From Azolla caroliniana (lineage: Eukaryota; Plantae; Polypodiophyta), in NCBI GenBank assembly GCA_043228905.1, contig JBHGNT010000004.1, forward strand, positions 10,230,001-10,294,000: a stretch of DNA of 64,000 bases. The letters are read 5' to 3'. The notes under the pieces are model-generated. The model was not told the DNA's origin and ran no database searches. It saw only the letters and a list, made by a program, of their open reading frames with translations. Of this stretch, positions 12,339 through 26,300 are shown piece after piece. Both the position numbers and the translations under genes were made by a program. Each line of letters opens with the position of its first letter. Position 1 is the stretch's first letter.

Positions 12339-13804
12339 GGATCTTGTCTAGTTCCGGTGTCTTCTTCATGTTCTTCTTCTTCGATCGGTTTGGTTTCTCG
12401 TCCGTATCCGGCCTGTTCGTCTAGTGTCATTCGGTTGCCGGCTAACATCCGGTTTTCAACCGGGTAGGTCTTTGTGTCCTCAAGCCAGTTTTCATTGGAT
12501 GTTCCGGAGTTGATCATCTTCTTCTCCAACTCCCAGTTGGCAATGGTCTTGTCTTCCATGAAGACTATGTCCCGACTCCAGAACACCTTCATGTCGACTA
12601 GATCCCACACACGGTAACGGAACTCATCATTGCCGTATCCAAGGAATATAAATGGTTGGGACTTCGGATCCAGCTTTGCTCTCTTGTCCTTTTCCACATG
12701 CACGTATGCGAGACACCCGAACACCTTCAGATGCCGGTAAGATACATCTTTACCGGTCCATACTTTCTGAGGTGAGTCTCCTTCCAAGGGTGCTGAGGGT
12801 GATCTGTTTATCACATAGGTCGCCGTCGTCAGCTCCTCATCCCAAAATGTCTTGGGTAGCTTGGCATGTGTGAGCATGCTCCGGACTCTCTCCATTATGA
12901 TCTGGTTCATCCTTTTGGCCAGCCCGTTCAATTCCGGTGTATTCGTCATGGTAAATTTGAGCCAGATTCCCTTTGACCGGCAGTACTCCTCGAACTGCAC
13001 CCGGTTATCTCCTCCGTTGTCCGTTCGAACCACCTTCAGCTTCCAGCTGGTTTCTCCTTCCACTATCGCGTGGAGCTCCTTGAAGACGGATAACACCTGA
13101 TCCTTTGTCTTCAACGGTGAGACCCACAACTTCCAGCTATGGTCATCTATGAATGTCATGAAGTACTGCGATCCGGCATGTGACTTCGTATCCACTTGAC
13201 ACACATCGGTATGCACCAGCTCCAGTGGTGCATTACGTCTCATTGGTGGTCTTGACCGGAAGGAGGTTCGGTTTTTCTTGCCGGAAAGACAATCAATGCA
13301 CTTCTCAAGTTGCACGTGCTTCACTGGAATGACAGGAACCCGACGTTCCTTATGGGCGACGCTCGGCCACAACCGAGCGTAGAATGATACACAAAAAACG
13401 GGAAATAAAACACGACACAAAGGAGAGGAAGATACACAGGAGGTTTACGTGGAAAACCCAAAGAGGGAAAAACCACGGCAGCCCACAAGCTGCAAACTAT
13501 CACTATGTGAGAATGTACAACAGTGAGTTCACAGAGGCAACGACCTCGTGCTCACAGAGCTTCGCCACACGCGGTGGTTACAACAGAGGCAACGACCTCT
13601 TTCTCTCTCTCTCTCTCTGTACACTATTACATGCTCTCTCTTCTTCTTGCACCAACAAGGAAGAATGACAACAACGACTAAAAGTTTGCCCTAAGTCATA
13701 TTTATACTAATATGACTTTTCGGCTATTTACAAATATAGCCTCGATGGGCTCTCAGAAACATATTTACGAATATGTCTCTTCCTCCGGTTCTCACCGGTT
13801 TTGC

Positions 13805-14110
13805 ACCATCCGGCTCTCCGTAGTCGGGTACTCCTCATCCGGTTCATACCGGGCCTGTATCATCCGGCTCTCCATAGCCGAGTACTCCTCATCCGATCTT
13901 CACCGGGACTGTATCATCCGGCTCTCCGTAGCCGGGTACTCCTCATCCGGTCTTCACCGGGACTGTATCATCTGGCTCTCCGTAGCCGGGTACTCCTCAT
14001 CCGGTCCTCACCGGGTCTGTATCATCCGGCTCTCCGTAGCCGGGTACTCCTCATCCGGTCTTCATCGGGTCTGTATCATCCGGCTCTCCGTAGCCGGGTA
14101 CTCCTCATAC
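13805..14110. repeat. 54-bp tandem repeat in U3 of the Copia-B 3' LTR (5 full units plus a partial unit)
   Basis: Unit CCGGCTCTCCGTAGCCGGGTACTCCTCATCCGGTCTTCACCGGGACTGTATCAT, seen as 18-aa periodicity in antisense ORFs. Confidence 0.92.
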
Positions 14111-17100
14111 CGTTTCCCATTCGGAGGGACCAGTCTCCCAACAAACTCCCCCTTCACTCCGGCATGGGGTGTCTTACCAGTCCGATTCTCTTCCGGCATG
14201 CATCCAGCTTGTCGGGTGTCAGCACTTTGGTCAGCATATCTGACCCGTTCTTGGCCGTGTGGATCTTCGTCAGTGCGAACTCCTGGTCATCTACTCTTTC
14301 CCAGATCCAGTGATACCTCTGCTGGATATGCTTCATCCGGGAATGGTAGGCCGCATTCTTAGCAAGGTGGATAGCACTTTGACTGTCGCAATAGAGTCGG
14401 TATTCCTCTTGCCGTATACCGAGCTCTCCGATGAAGTCCTTCATCCATAAATTTTCCTTGCCGGCTTCCACAGCCGCCATGTACTCCGCCTCTGTGGTTG
14501 ACAATGCAACCGTCTTCTGCAGCCTCGACTGCCACGAAACAGCTCCCCCTGCATATGTCATCACATACCCGGATGTAGACCGGATGGTATCCACATCAAC
14601 TGACATGTCCGAATTGGTGAAACCGTCTAGTTGAGGTTTTCCGGAGCCGAATCGGAGACACATATTTGAAGTGCCCTTCAAATACCGGAGTATCCATTTG
14701 ACCACGTTCCAGTGCTCCTTGCCGGGATTGCTCATAAACCGGCTCACCACCCCGACTGCGTATCCTATATCCGGTCAAGTACACACCATTGCGTACATCA
14801 AGCTCCCGACGGTACAGGCATATGGGATCTTCATCATTTCCGCCTTCTCTGCCTTCGTCTTCGGGCTTTGCTTTCCGAATAGATTGCAGTTTGCCAGAAG
14901 TGTTGATCTGACCGGCTTCGCTTCTGACATGTTGAACCGGTGAAGCACCTTTGTCACATACTTCTCCTGTGACAGCCATAATTGCTTCGTTGACCGGTTC
15001 CGGATGATGTGCATCCCCGGCATCTGTCTTGCCGGACCCAAGTCTTTCATTGAGAAGGTTCGGTTGAGAGCCTTCTTCAGCATCCGTATTTTTACTTGGT
15101 CTCGTCCGACGATCAACATGTCATCCACGTATAGGAGGAGTATCAGGAAGTCCCCTCCTTCGAACTTCTTCACAAACACGCAGTGATCGGCTTGCGTCTT
15201 GTGGTACCCTTGATCGGTCATGAAGGAGTCGAACTTCCGGTACCATTGCCGGGGAGCCTGCTTCAGTCCGTACAAACTCTTCTTCAACCGGCATAGCAGG
15301 TGCTCCTTCCCTTTCTCCAAAAATCCTTCAGGTTGCTTCATGTAGATCTCCTCTTCGAGGTCGCCGTGAAGGAATGCCGTCTTCACGTCCAGCTGCTCTA
15401 CCTCGATGTCCATGCTTGCTGCTATACTCAGCACCGTCCGCATGGAGGTCATCTTTACTACCGGGGCAAATATCTCGTCGAAGTCCACGCCCTTCTTCTG
15501 CTGGAACCCCTTCACCACGATCCTGGCTTTGTATCTCGGGGGGTTGCCGGCATCTTCTGGTTTCAACTTGTACACCCACTTGTTTCGGAGTGCTCGCTTT
15601 CCTTTCGGCAGCTCCACCAATTCGTACGTATGGTTCTCATGGGGGGAATCCATCTCATCCTGCATGGCACTTAACCATTTTCGGTTGTGGGTGTCTTCCT
15701 TCGCTTCTTCGAAGCTTTCCGGCTCCCCCTCATTGGTCAGCAGAACATGCTCTGCATCGGTAAATCTCCGGGACGCCCTTCTCTCTCTCTGAGAGGATAT
15801 CTCCGTCTTCGGGCTTCGGTAACCGGCTCCTCCATTTGCTCTTCATCCGAATCTGATTCGGGGTCTTGGCCGGTTCCGGTCTCAGCTTCCTCTACTTCTT
15901 CTTCTGCCGGTTCGGTATCCTCACCGTAACCGGCTGGTTCCTCGAGTGCTAACCGGTCTCTCGCCGGTTGGGTCTGCTCATCGTAGAGTCGATCCTTCCC
16001 AGTCGACTCGGAGTTCATTATCTTCTTCTCCGACTCCCAATCGGCGAGCGTCTTGTCCTCCATGAAGATAATATCTCGACTCCGGAATACCTTCTTGTTG
16101 ACCGGGTCCCACACTCGGTAGCCGAACTCATCGTCACCGTAACCGAGGAATATGCATGGTCGGGTCTTTGGATCTAGCTTTCCTCTCCGGTCCTTAGCTA
16201 CATGCACGTACGCGAGACACCCGAACACCTTCAGATGCCGGTAGGATACTTCCTTACCAGTCCACACTCTCTGTGGCGTGTCTCCGTCCAAGGGTACTGA
16301 GGGTGATCTATTTATCACGTATGTCGCCGTCGACAGTGCCTCAGCCCAAAACTTCTTGGGTAGTTTAGCATGCGCTAGCATAATCCGGACCCTCTCCATT
16401 ATTGTCCGGTTCATCCTCTCGGCCAGTCCGTTTAGTTCCGGCGTCTTCGGCACGGTAAATTTGAGCCGGATTCCCTTCGAGCGGCAGTACTCCTCGAACT
16501 TCCCCCGGTACTCTCCTCCGTTATCTGCTTGAACCGTCTTCAGCTTCCGGCCGGTTTCTCTTTCCACTCTCGCGTGGAGCTCTTTGAAGACGGATAACAC
16601 CTGATCCTTTGTCTTCAACGGTGTGGCCCACAGCTTTCGGCTGTGGTCATCTATGAACGTCACGAAGTACTGCGCTCCGGCATGTGACTTCGTGTTTACT
16701 TGACACACATCCGTATGCACCAACTCCAGTGGTGCATTACGTCTCATCGGTGGCGTTGATCGAAAGGAGGTCCGGTTCTGCTTACCGGCCAGACAATCAG
16801 TGCACTTCTCCAAGTGGACGTTCTTCACTGGAATGAGGTTGTCGTCTGCAAGCCTCTTCATCCCCTTCTCGCTCATATGATACAACCTCTTGTGCCACAG
16901 CTCACCGGCAGTGTCGGATGCCACGTTCACTTCTTCCGGACATAACCGAGCATTCATCAGGTACAGTGTGTTTACCTTCCGGGCCCGAGCCACAATCAGG
17001 CTCCCTTTGCTGAACTTCATGACACCATTCCGGATGCTACCCGTGTAGCCTTCATCATCTAGCCGACCGGTTGATATCAGGTTCAAACGAACTTCCGGAA

Positions 17101-18709
17101 CGTGTCGGACATCCTCCAGCAGCATCTTGCATCCGGTTGGTGTTGTCAGCCACACGTCTCCTATGCCGACAATTTGGCATGTACCTTCATTCCCCATCCG
17201 GACACAGTCGTGATCACCGGCTGAGTAGGATGAGAAGCATTTCCGGTCCGGGGTAAGGTGGAACGACGCTCCGGAGTCTACCACCCAGGTCATCTCGTCG
17301 TCGACAAGGTTTATCTCACTCTCCTCGGTGATGAGCATCAACTCCTCTTCACTTGCCGCGATTGCCCTCGTTCCCTTCCGGTCCGGCCCCTTCCGGTCTT
17401 TACCGTTACGGTTCGGGGTTTGCTTCGAATCGGTACCGTCGGTTTCCTTGTCTTTACGGAAATGCCGACAGTTCTTTTGGAAGTGTCCCGGCTTGCCGCA
17501 ATAGAAGCAAGTAGGCCTCCCCCTTGACTTTGACCGTGTCCCCGACTTCTCCCGGTTCTGGGGACTACGGTTTCTATGTCTTCTGCGTTCCGATTCGGTA
17601 AGAAGCGCTTTGGAGTCGGAGCTCGCATCTTTGTCTTTCCGACGTGCCTCCTCATCCAGCAAGCTCGACTTTACTCTTGCTAGGGATAACCGTTTTCCTT
17701 CCGGCCCGGCGTTGCCCAAAGTGACAACCAACGTCTCCCAGCTATCCGGGAGGGAACCGAGCAGGAGTAGCGCTAGTACCTCATCGGCAAGAGGTACTTC
17801 CAATGACGTTGCCTGGTGGATCAGCCCTTGGAAGGCATTCATATGCTCCGCCATGCTGGAGCCATCTTGGTACCGGAGTCTTACTAGCTTCCGGAATACC
17901 GAAACCTGATTAACAACATTTTTGTTTTGAAACATTATGCCGATCTTCTCCCATAGCTCATGAGCCTTGCTCTCTTCATTGAAGTTGTTGTACAGGCTCA
18001 AGTCGATGAAGCACCGTATGTACGCCGTTGTCTTTATGTGCATCACCTCCCATATCGCGACATCGATTTTGTCTGGTCTCTTGTCCCCGAAATGAACCGG
18101 CAGCCAGAGGTCTTTAACAACGAGCATGTCCCTCATCTTCGACTTCCATACTGAATAGTTGGAGCCGGTGAGCTTGAACATGCCGCCAAATGATTCGTCC
18201 ATTTTCTGTGTCGATTTCGCTCTGATACCACTTGACAGGAACCGGACGTTCCTTATGCGCGATGCTCGGCCACAACCGAGCGTAGAATGATACACAGAAA
18301 ACGGGAAATAAAACACGACACAAAGGAGAGGAAGACACACAGGAGGTTTACGTGGAAAACCCAGAGAGGGAAAAACCACGGCAGCCCACAGGCTGCAAAC
18401 TGTCACTATGTGAGAATGTACAACAGTGAGTTCACAGAGGCAACGACCTCGTGCTCACAGATCTTCGCCACACGCAGCGGTTACAACAGAGGCAACGACC
18501 TCTTTCTCTCTCTCTCTCTCTCTGTACACTATTACGTGCTCTCTCTTCTTCTTGCACCAACAAGGAAGAATGACAACAACGACTAAAAGTTTGCCCTAAG
18601 TCATATTTATACTAATATGACTTTTCGGCTATTTACAAATATAGCCTCGATGGGCTCTCAAAAACATATTTACGAATATGTCTCTTCCTCCGGTTCTCAC
18701 CGGTTTTGC

Positions 18710-19070
18710 ACCATCCGGCTCTTCGTAGCCGGGTACTCCTCATCCGGTTCATACTGGGCCTGTATCATCCGGCTCTCCATAGCCGAGTACTCCTCATCCG
18801 ATCTTCACCGGGACTGTATCATCCGGCTCTCCGTAGCCAGGTACTCCTCATCCGGTCTTCACCGGGACTGTATCATCCGGCTCTCCGTAGCCGGGTACTC
18901 CTCATCCGATCTTCACCGGGATTGTATCATCCGGCTGTCCGTAGCCGGGTACTCCTCATCCGGTCTTCACCAGGACTGTATCATCCGGCTCTCCGTAGCC
19001 GGGTACTCCTCATCCGGTCCTCATCGGGTCTGTATCATCCGGCTCTCCATAGCCGGGTACTCCTCATACC
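18710..19070. repeat. 54-bp tandem repeat in U3 of the Copia-B 5' LTR (6 full units plus a partial unit)
   Basis: Same unit as 13805-14110, with one more copy. Confidence 0.92.
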
Positions 19071-22000
19071 GTTTCTTCTTCCTTCCCATCCGGAGGGGCC
19101 TGTCTCCCAACATGGAATGAGATTGCCACAGCTCACCGGTAGTGTCGGATGGTACATTCACTTCTTCCCGGCATATCCGGGCATGCATCAAGTACAGTGT
19201 GTTGACCTTCCGGGCTTGAGCCACTATTAGGCTCCCTTAGCTGAACTTCATAACTCTGTTCCGGATGCCACCCGTGTAGCCTTCATCATCTAGCCGACCG
19301 ACTGATATCAAATTCAGTCGAACCTCCGGAAGGTGTCAGACATCCTTCAACAGCAACTTGCATCCAGTTGATGTCATCAACAACAAATCTCCTATGCCGA
19401 TAATTCGGCATGTACCTTCATTCCCCATCTGGACACAACCATGATCACCGGCTCTGTAGGATGAGAAGCATTTCCAATCCAGTGTCAGGTGGAACGACGG
19501 TCCGGAATTGACAACCCACATTTTCTCATCATCGATAAGGTTTAACTCATTCTCTTTGGTAATGACATAAGTTCTTCTTCCCTTGTCGCGATCGCCAACA
19601 TTCCTTTCCGATCCGGGCCTTTCCGGTCCGAACCGTTTTGGTCCAAACTCTTCTTCGAATCGGTGGTGCCGGTCTCTTTCTCTTTCCAGAAATGCCGACA
19701 GTTCTTTTGGAAGTGCCCCGGCTTCCCACAGTAGAAGCAAGTAGGCCTCCCCCTTGACTTCGACTTTGTCCCTGATTTGTCCTGGTTTTGGGGACTCCGA
19801 TACTGGCCTCTTCCCCGGTTGTGGTCATCTTCCGTGACCAAGGCCTTCGGATCGGTTCCAGACTCCCGGTCCTTCTGGCGAGCCTCTTCATCTAGCAAGC
19901 TTGATTTTACCCTTGCTAGGGACAATTGCTTTCCTTCCGGCCCGGCGTTGCCCAACGTGCCAACTAACGTCTCCCAAATATCCGAGAGTAATGCGAGTAC
20001 CTCATCAGCGAGAGGTACTTACAACGAGGTTGCTTGGTGTATCAGCCCCTGGAAGGCATTCATGTGCTCTGCCATACCGGAGCCTCACTAGCTTCCGGAA
20101 TACCCAAACCCGATTAACGGCATTCTTGTTCTAGAACATGATGCCGATCTTCTCCCAGAGTTCATGATCCTTGCTCTCTTCATTGAAGTTGTTGTACAGG
20201 GTCATGTCGATGAAGCACCGGATGTATGTCGTCATCTTCATGTGCATTGCCTCCCACACTGTGGCGTCCATCTTATCTGGTCTCTTTTCCCCGAACTCAA
20301 CCGGCAACCAAAGATCTTTAACCACCAGCATATCCCTCATCTTCGACTTCCACACTGAGTAGTTGGAGCTGGTGAGCTTGAACATGCCGCCGAACGATTC
20401 TTCCATTTCCTATGTTGTTCACTCTGATACCAGTTTGAAGAGAATAGCGTGGAATATAGCTCGGCCACAACCTAGTCTTGAATCACTTCAAAAGGGAATG
20501 AAACACAGAAATGGGAAATGGAGAGTACACAAGGAAATACACAGGATGTTTATGTGGAAAACGCTAATAGGGAAAAACCACAGGAGCCCACAGGCTCCGA
20601 ACTATCACTATATGAGAAAGGTACAATCAGAGACTCGGAGGAAACGACCTCGAGCTCTGTTTCTTTGCCTAGCGGTGGTTACAACAGAAAACATTATGTA
20701 TCACGCTCTCTCTCTCTGTCGCGCTTTGTACAACAATATGACAACAAGTACTATCTCACACAATACAAAGTGATTGCCCTAAGTCATATTTATACTTATA
20801 TGAACTTAGGGCTATTTACAAATATAGCCTCCATAGGCTTACTCAAAACATATTTACAGATATGTCTTCTCTTCCGGTTCTTACCGGGTCTCCTGTTTCC
20901 GGATCTCTTCCGGTTCTCACCGGGTCCTCTTCATCCATCACCGGATCCCATCCGCAGGGACCGATTTCCTAACAATTTTGCCTCTCATACAGCTTCCCAA
21001 GAAGGGGCAATCATTTGTTTGGTCTAAGAAATCGGGCACTGCTTTTGTAAATCTTAAGAAAGCATTTACATCAGCTCCTATTAGCAATAGTGGATTCTTT
21101 TGCACAATGGAGGCATTTTTTAGAAGGATCTTCTCATCAAGTCACCATATTCAGTGATCACAAAAACCTTGCGTATTTCCAAAATGCTTGTGCATTAAAT
21201 CGACGACAGACTCAGTGGGCCCAATTCCTCACTCGTTTCGACTTCAAAATTACATATCGTCCTGGGAAGCAGCAAGGGAAGGTAGATGTGTTATCACAGC
21301 GCTCGTATCTAGCACCGCGTCCCGGTGAGCCTACATTTGATAACCAAAAGCAAGTAATCATGGGACCGGCATGACTGCAAGCAACACGGGTTTTCGGTAT
21401 TCCATTGGACTCCCACATTAATGATACCATACGTGAGGACTTGAAGATAGATGCTTTCGCTCAAGCCATTCTAACACAAATGGATCCCTCGCGGGCAACC
21501 TGTTCACAGTCGCAACAACCAGGTACGGACTATCGACAATTCGAATGTCATGATGGATTACTATTCTTTAAGAAACTCTTGTATGTTCCCAATGGTTCTT
21601 GTCACCTTCTAGTCCAAAATTGTCATGACACATATACAGTTGGGCATTTTGGTAGTACTAAAATGTTAGATTTAGTACAAGAATCATTATGTTGGGCCCA
21701 TATGCAACGATTGTCAAAGATTATGTTCAGACATGTGATACATGTTGCAGAGCAAAGATGCCAAGACATCATCCATATGGTTTATTGGAACCATTACCAA
21801 ATCCAAGCAAGTCGTGGCAATCCATTGCTCTAGATTTCATGATAGATCTTCCAATTTCTAAGGGATTCGATGCGATCTTAACTGTACTAGATCGATATAC
21901 GAAGATGGCCCATTTCCTGCCATGTGCTAAGGAAATCACTAGTGAAGAAACCGTCGAAACTGTTATGCGTGAGGTATGTCGGCATCATGGCCTCCCTGAT

Positions 22001-23231
22001 AGTGTCCTCAACGACCATGGACCCCAGTTCATCTCGAAATTCTGGAAGCACCTCTTCAAAATGCTCAAGGTCACTTGTAACCTCTCCTCTAGCTACCACC
22101 CGCAAACAGACGGACAAGCAGAACGAACAAATCAAATGCTGGAACAATATCTTCGGTGTTTTCTAAGCTATCACCAAGATGATTGGGCGGATATTCTCCA
22201 CTTTGCCGAATTTGCGTCTAATAACTCTGTCCACTCATCGACTAAGGTTACACCATTTTATACTTATATGGGGTATCATCCCTGGTGGTGTGTATTCGAA
22301 ACTCCAGAGTTACCCACAAATCCTTGTGCAGAGGATCGTTTGGAGCGGTTACGCAAGATACAAATGGATTTATCTATTGATTTACAACAAGCTCAACAAA
22401 CACACAAGGATTATGCGGATCATCATCGGCTTCCATCTAGTTTTAACATTGGAGATCGGGTATGGCTATTACGACGACACATCAAGACTACTCACCTATG
22501 TGATAAATTGGATTATCGGCGATTGGGTCCATCCCGTATTATCAGAAAAATTAATGATGTCGCTTTTCGTCTCGATCTACCTCCGTAATTATGGATACAT
22601 CTGGTATTTCATAGTTCTATTCTAGAACCCTATCAGAACAACATTATCCCAGGTCATATTAAACCACCTCCACCTCCGATCGAACTTGAAGATGGACCTG
22701 AGTACGAGGTTGTTGTCATCCTCGATTCCAAGATTGTTTGCAACAAGCTCTACCATTTGGTCGATTGGCTAGGATATATAGCCCTAGTGAGTGTACTTGG
22801 GAACCAATAGAGAATGTGACCCGTGCTCCTGCTCTTCTTGAAGACTTCCATCGTCAATATCCAAAAAAACCGGGTCCTCAATCCAAACCAACTCATAACA
22901 CTCGTCGTTTTGAAGAGAGGATCGTGTCATGATATGGAAATATTTGAACCCATGGCCTTATGTTACATAGGTTGAGCCCTTGCCATTAGACAATATATTG
23001 TAATACGAAGGATATTATTTTCATTTATTATTTCACTATAGAAAATTGATGTATATTTCCAGATTTCTCTAGAACATTCTAGAAACTTCAAGAGTACTCC
23101 TGAAAACACTATAAAAGGAGGCACAAGGCATTATTTCGAACCAAATCGGTTCAACGCCAGTCTTAAGCCTCATAGCTATTCTTGTACTTACTCTTCATAT
23201 AATATAATATATCTTTTGTTATCATCATTCT

Positions 23232-23270
<39 letters not shown>

Positions 23271-23368
23271 ATCCTTCTCTCGTGAGATCTACACCCTTTT
23301 CTCTCTCTTAGTACTAATTCACATCTTTTAGTACTAATTCCCTCTCTATCTTAGTATTGTTCCTAACA

Positions 23369-26300
23369 ATATGCAACAAATTTTTGGCATGTTTTCAAAA
23401 CAAGTTATTTCAAAAGGATAGCATGCATGTGATACAAGTTACAACACTAAAAAACATCAGTGATATTCATCGTATGTATGGTATGACTACTGCTAAAAAG
23501 CGTAAGAAATTGATTGATAAGTTTTCACATATTCTTATGCGATGAAGAATAATCTGCATGAATAAGAGCTTTTAGATCTTCAAGTTCAAGTACATGATAT
23601 TGTGAAGAATTTGTCTTGTCAAAGTTATCAACACAAACAAGTCTACATCAGTTAAAGGAGGGATTTATAGATAATCAATCACAATCTCATATGTTTTTTC
23701 AAGGATTAAGACCATCATATGCTCGTTCAAATGTGGTACAAATTAAGATAGGGGATGACATTGTTGTAGACCCAATCAAGGTTATTGAGTTATGTATTAC
23801 TCATTTTAAGAATTTGATTGTGTTGAAAGCACGACAAGAGTTTTTTAATGTAATTGGGTGTGTCGTGAATACAAATATTTGTCAAGAATTGGATGTTGAT
23901 TTTGAAGAAGTTGAGGTGGAAAAACTATTGTTACACCTTCCAAATGATAAAAGCCCTAGTTGGGATGGTGTCACAATTGAAGTTTTTAAGAAGTATGCTT
24001 GCATGCTTAAGAGTCCATTCACACAAATGTTTCAACAATGTTGGGATTCTAATTTCATGCTTGAGAGCTAGAAAGTGGGCTTAATCAAATTGATACCAAA
24101 GGTACCATCTCCGGCGTCATTTCATCAATGGAGGCCTATTTCATTGATGGGAGGGTTGTACAAAGTGTTTGCAAAGATATTATCCAACAAACTTAAGAAA
24201 TTCTTACCTAAATTTATTCATCCATCTCAACATGGTTTTATGCAAGTAGACATATATTGCATATTATTTTGAATGTTCAAATGGCTACTAATTATGCTCA
24301 ACATACCCATCAAGAAATGGTTATGGTGCAATTAGATTTGGAAAAAGCATATGATCATGTTAATTGGTCTTTCCTCTCAGGTGTGATGTATAATATGGGG
24401 TTTGATTCTCATATGTGTCAACTTATCTATTTGCTAGGGCAAAATGAAACCTCGTGTGTGATGCTTAATGGCGGAGTTACTTCAAAAGTGTTCGTCACTA
24501 CATCCGCGCAGCAAGGATGTCCACTAAGCCCATTCTTATTTGCTATTGTTACACATCCTTTGTTAGTAATGTTGTCAAATCTTGCGGCTAGTGGTGATAT
24601 TGTGAGTTTGCATCTTCCTTCTGGTGGACAATTGGTGGCACAAGCATTGGCTGATGATTGTTTTATGTTTTGCAAGCCTCAAAAGAAAATCTTGAAAGGA
24701 GTATGCAAGTTTGGGACCAATTTGCTTTGGCTTCAGGGTGGTATATAAATTGGAGGAAGTCTCGCCTTATTTCATGTACGGAGAGTGATTTAAAATGTTT
24801 GGGATGGTGAGGGTTAGTGATTACATGAGGATCCATTTATCGACATTTGGGTTATCCATTGGGTGTTGATGTTGCAAATGTTCAATTGATTGATTGGATT
24901 GGCTGTAAATTGAAGGACAAATCTATGTATTGGAAGTCTCAATTATGGCCATTTCATGTATGACTCAAAGTAGTGCAATGTATCTTGATACCCATGTTAT
25001 TATATTTTTTACCATTACTACCTTGGACTAAGAAGGCATTACAAAACATGTTACAACCTATTTAGTTCATGTTGTGGCGGAAGGGAGAAAGGATGGGAGT
25101 TACATGGATTTCATGGGACTAGTTGGCTACTCCCAAAAGGTTAGGTGGTACAACAATATTGGAGTAGGAAATGCATTTGATGGCTCATAGATTTGCATTA
25201 TTATGAGATATATGTCAACAAGATCAACCATGGATATCTATGATGCAATATTTTATTGAGCATGAAGGATTGGTGCACGGGAAAACAAAGATTCAAGCAT
25301 ATTGGTGGTCCTTACTCAATGGAAGTATTCCTCTAAAGATTCGACATTCTGTATGTGTACAACATTTGGTAAGATCATGGCAAGATGCATTATCTCTTTT
25401 TGAGTGGGAACCATCAAGTGATTGAGAATCTTGTAATTCATTACAAAATGAATTGCTCGTTGCTTCTCAACTATTGTTTTGGCATGGGAAAGAGAACTTG
25501 AGATCTCAATTCAATCATTTATTTCGATTAGGGATTATACATTCAGAAGATGTGGTTGATAATGAATCTCAAAGGTTGTCGAAATTTGAAGATGCCAAGC
25601 AATGGTTATGTATCTCCCAATTTATGGATTTATTTGGGAGAAATTACAAGATATACCATTGTTGCAAGGATCTTTGCCATCAAAAACGAATGTTGCACCT
25701 TGGGTGGATTGGGGGTTACAAGATGGTACACGCTTGTTACAGGTCATTACAAATGTTACGGGCATGACCATATGATATCCCGCGGTGAGAATTTATTGTA
25801 GTATTCTATACACGTGGATAAGTGTGAGGGTTAAATGAGAGTGTAAAGAAGGAGAGGATTACTTTTAATCCTCGGGATTGAGACAACCCGTTAGGCCAAG
25901 TGTGAACTTGCTTGGGGGTCTTGTGTATCACTATAAATATGAGGCCTAGCTACCCTCATTTCATCATATCTTGACTATGTCGAGACTCTGTTTCGTGGTG
26001 GGTCAACTCTTGTAGCAAGCGCGCCAGCACTAGGTATGACTCGATGCCACTGCGGTGGTATGGGACGTCGATCGAGGCTCGAGTCCGTCTCGATCCCTTC
26101 GCTCGAGGGTGGTCAGGTGGTTCAACACCCTTCTTTCTCTCTCTCCTTTCTATCTATCTATCTTTTATCCTTATCATATGCTTACTTTAGATCATAACTC
26201 TAACAACAAATATATTGTGTCATCATGCAATGAAATCATTATCTTGGTTATCTCCTAAAGCAAAGAAGTTGTGGAATGTATGTAAGCCGGATGCAAGGTG

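Larger units (their letters stand above)
13330..19112 (-). mobile_element. Copia-B: full-length Tnt1/Tork-like element nested in Copia-A (LTRs 13330-14143 and 18233-19112)
   Basis: TSD TGGAA (13325-13329 and 19113-19117). PBS TGGTATCAGAGC just inside 18233, PPT next to 14143. gag-PR-IN ORF 15737 to ~18202, RT 14775-15665, RH 14154-14750, with one frameshift and one stop. Confidence 0.96.
9395..20974 (-). mobile_element. Copia-A: full-length but decayed Tnt1/Tork-like LTR retrotransposon (LTRs 9395-9936 and 20436-20974)
   Basis: Paired TG...CA LTRs with TSD ATTTT (9390-9394 and 20975-20979). tRNA-iMet-type PBS TGGTATCAGAG at 20432-20422, PPT next to 9936. Fragmented gag (from 20406 down), IN, RT and RH ORFs. 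Confidence 0.95.
9000..23368 (+). mobile_element. 5'-truncated Ty3/Gypsy chromovirus (Tcn1-like) G1: RT, RH, IN, chromodomain and 3' LTR (22925 to ~23368), split by Copia-A
   Basis: RT motifs FGLTNAP and YSDDLL at 9000-9394, continuing at 20980 (AFTSAP, SDHKNL). Integrase ORF 21689-22588. Chromodomain GPEYEV..ILDS..LVDWLGY...TWEP at ~22695-22820. Purine tract, then TGTCATG...TAACA. Confidence 0.88.

Noticed and set aside
13712-14362. Repeat-protein ORFs with 18-aa periodicity (also 18617-19230 and 11523-11916)
   Set aside because: Antisense by-products of a stop-free 54-bp LTR tandem repeat.
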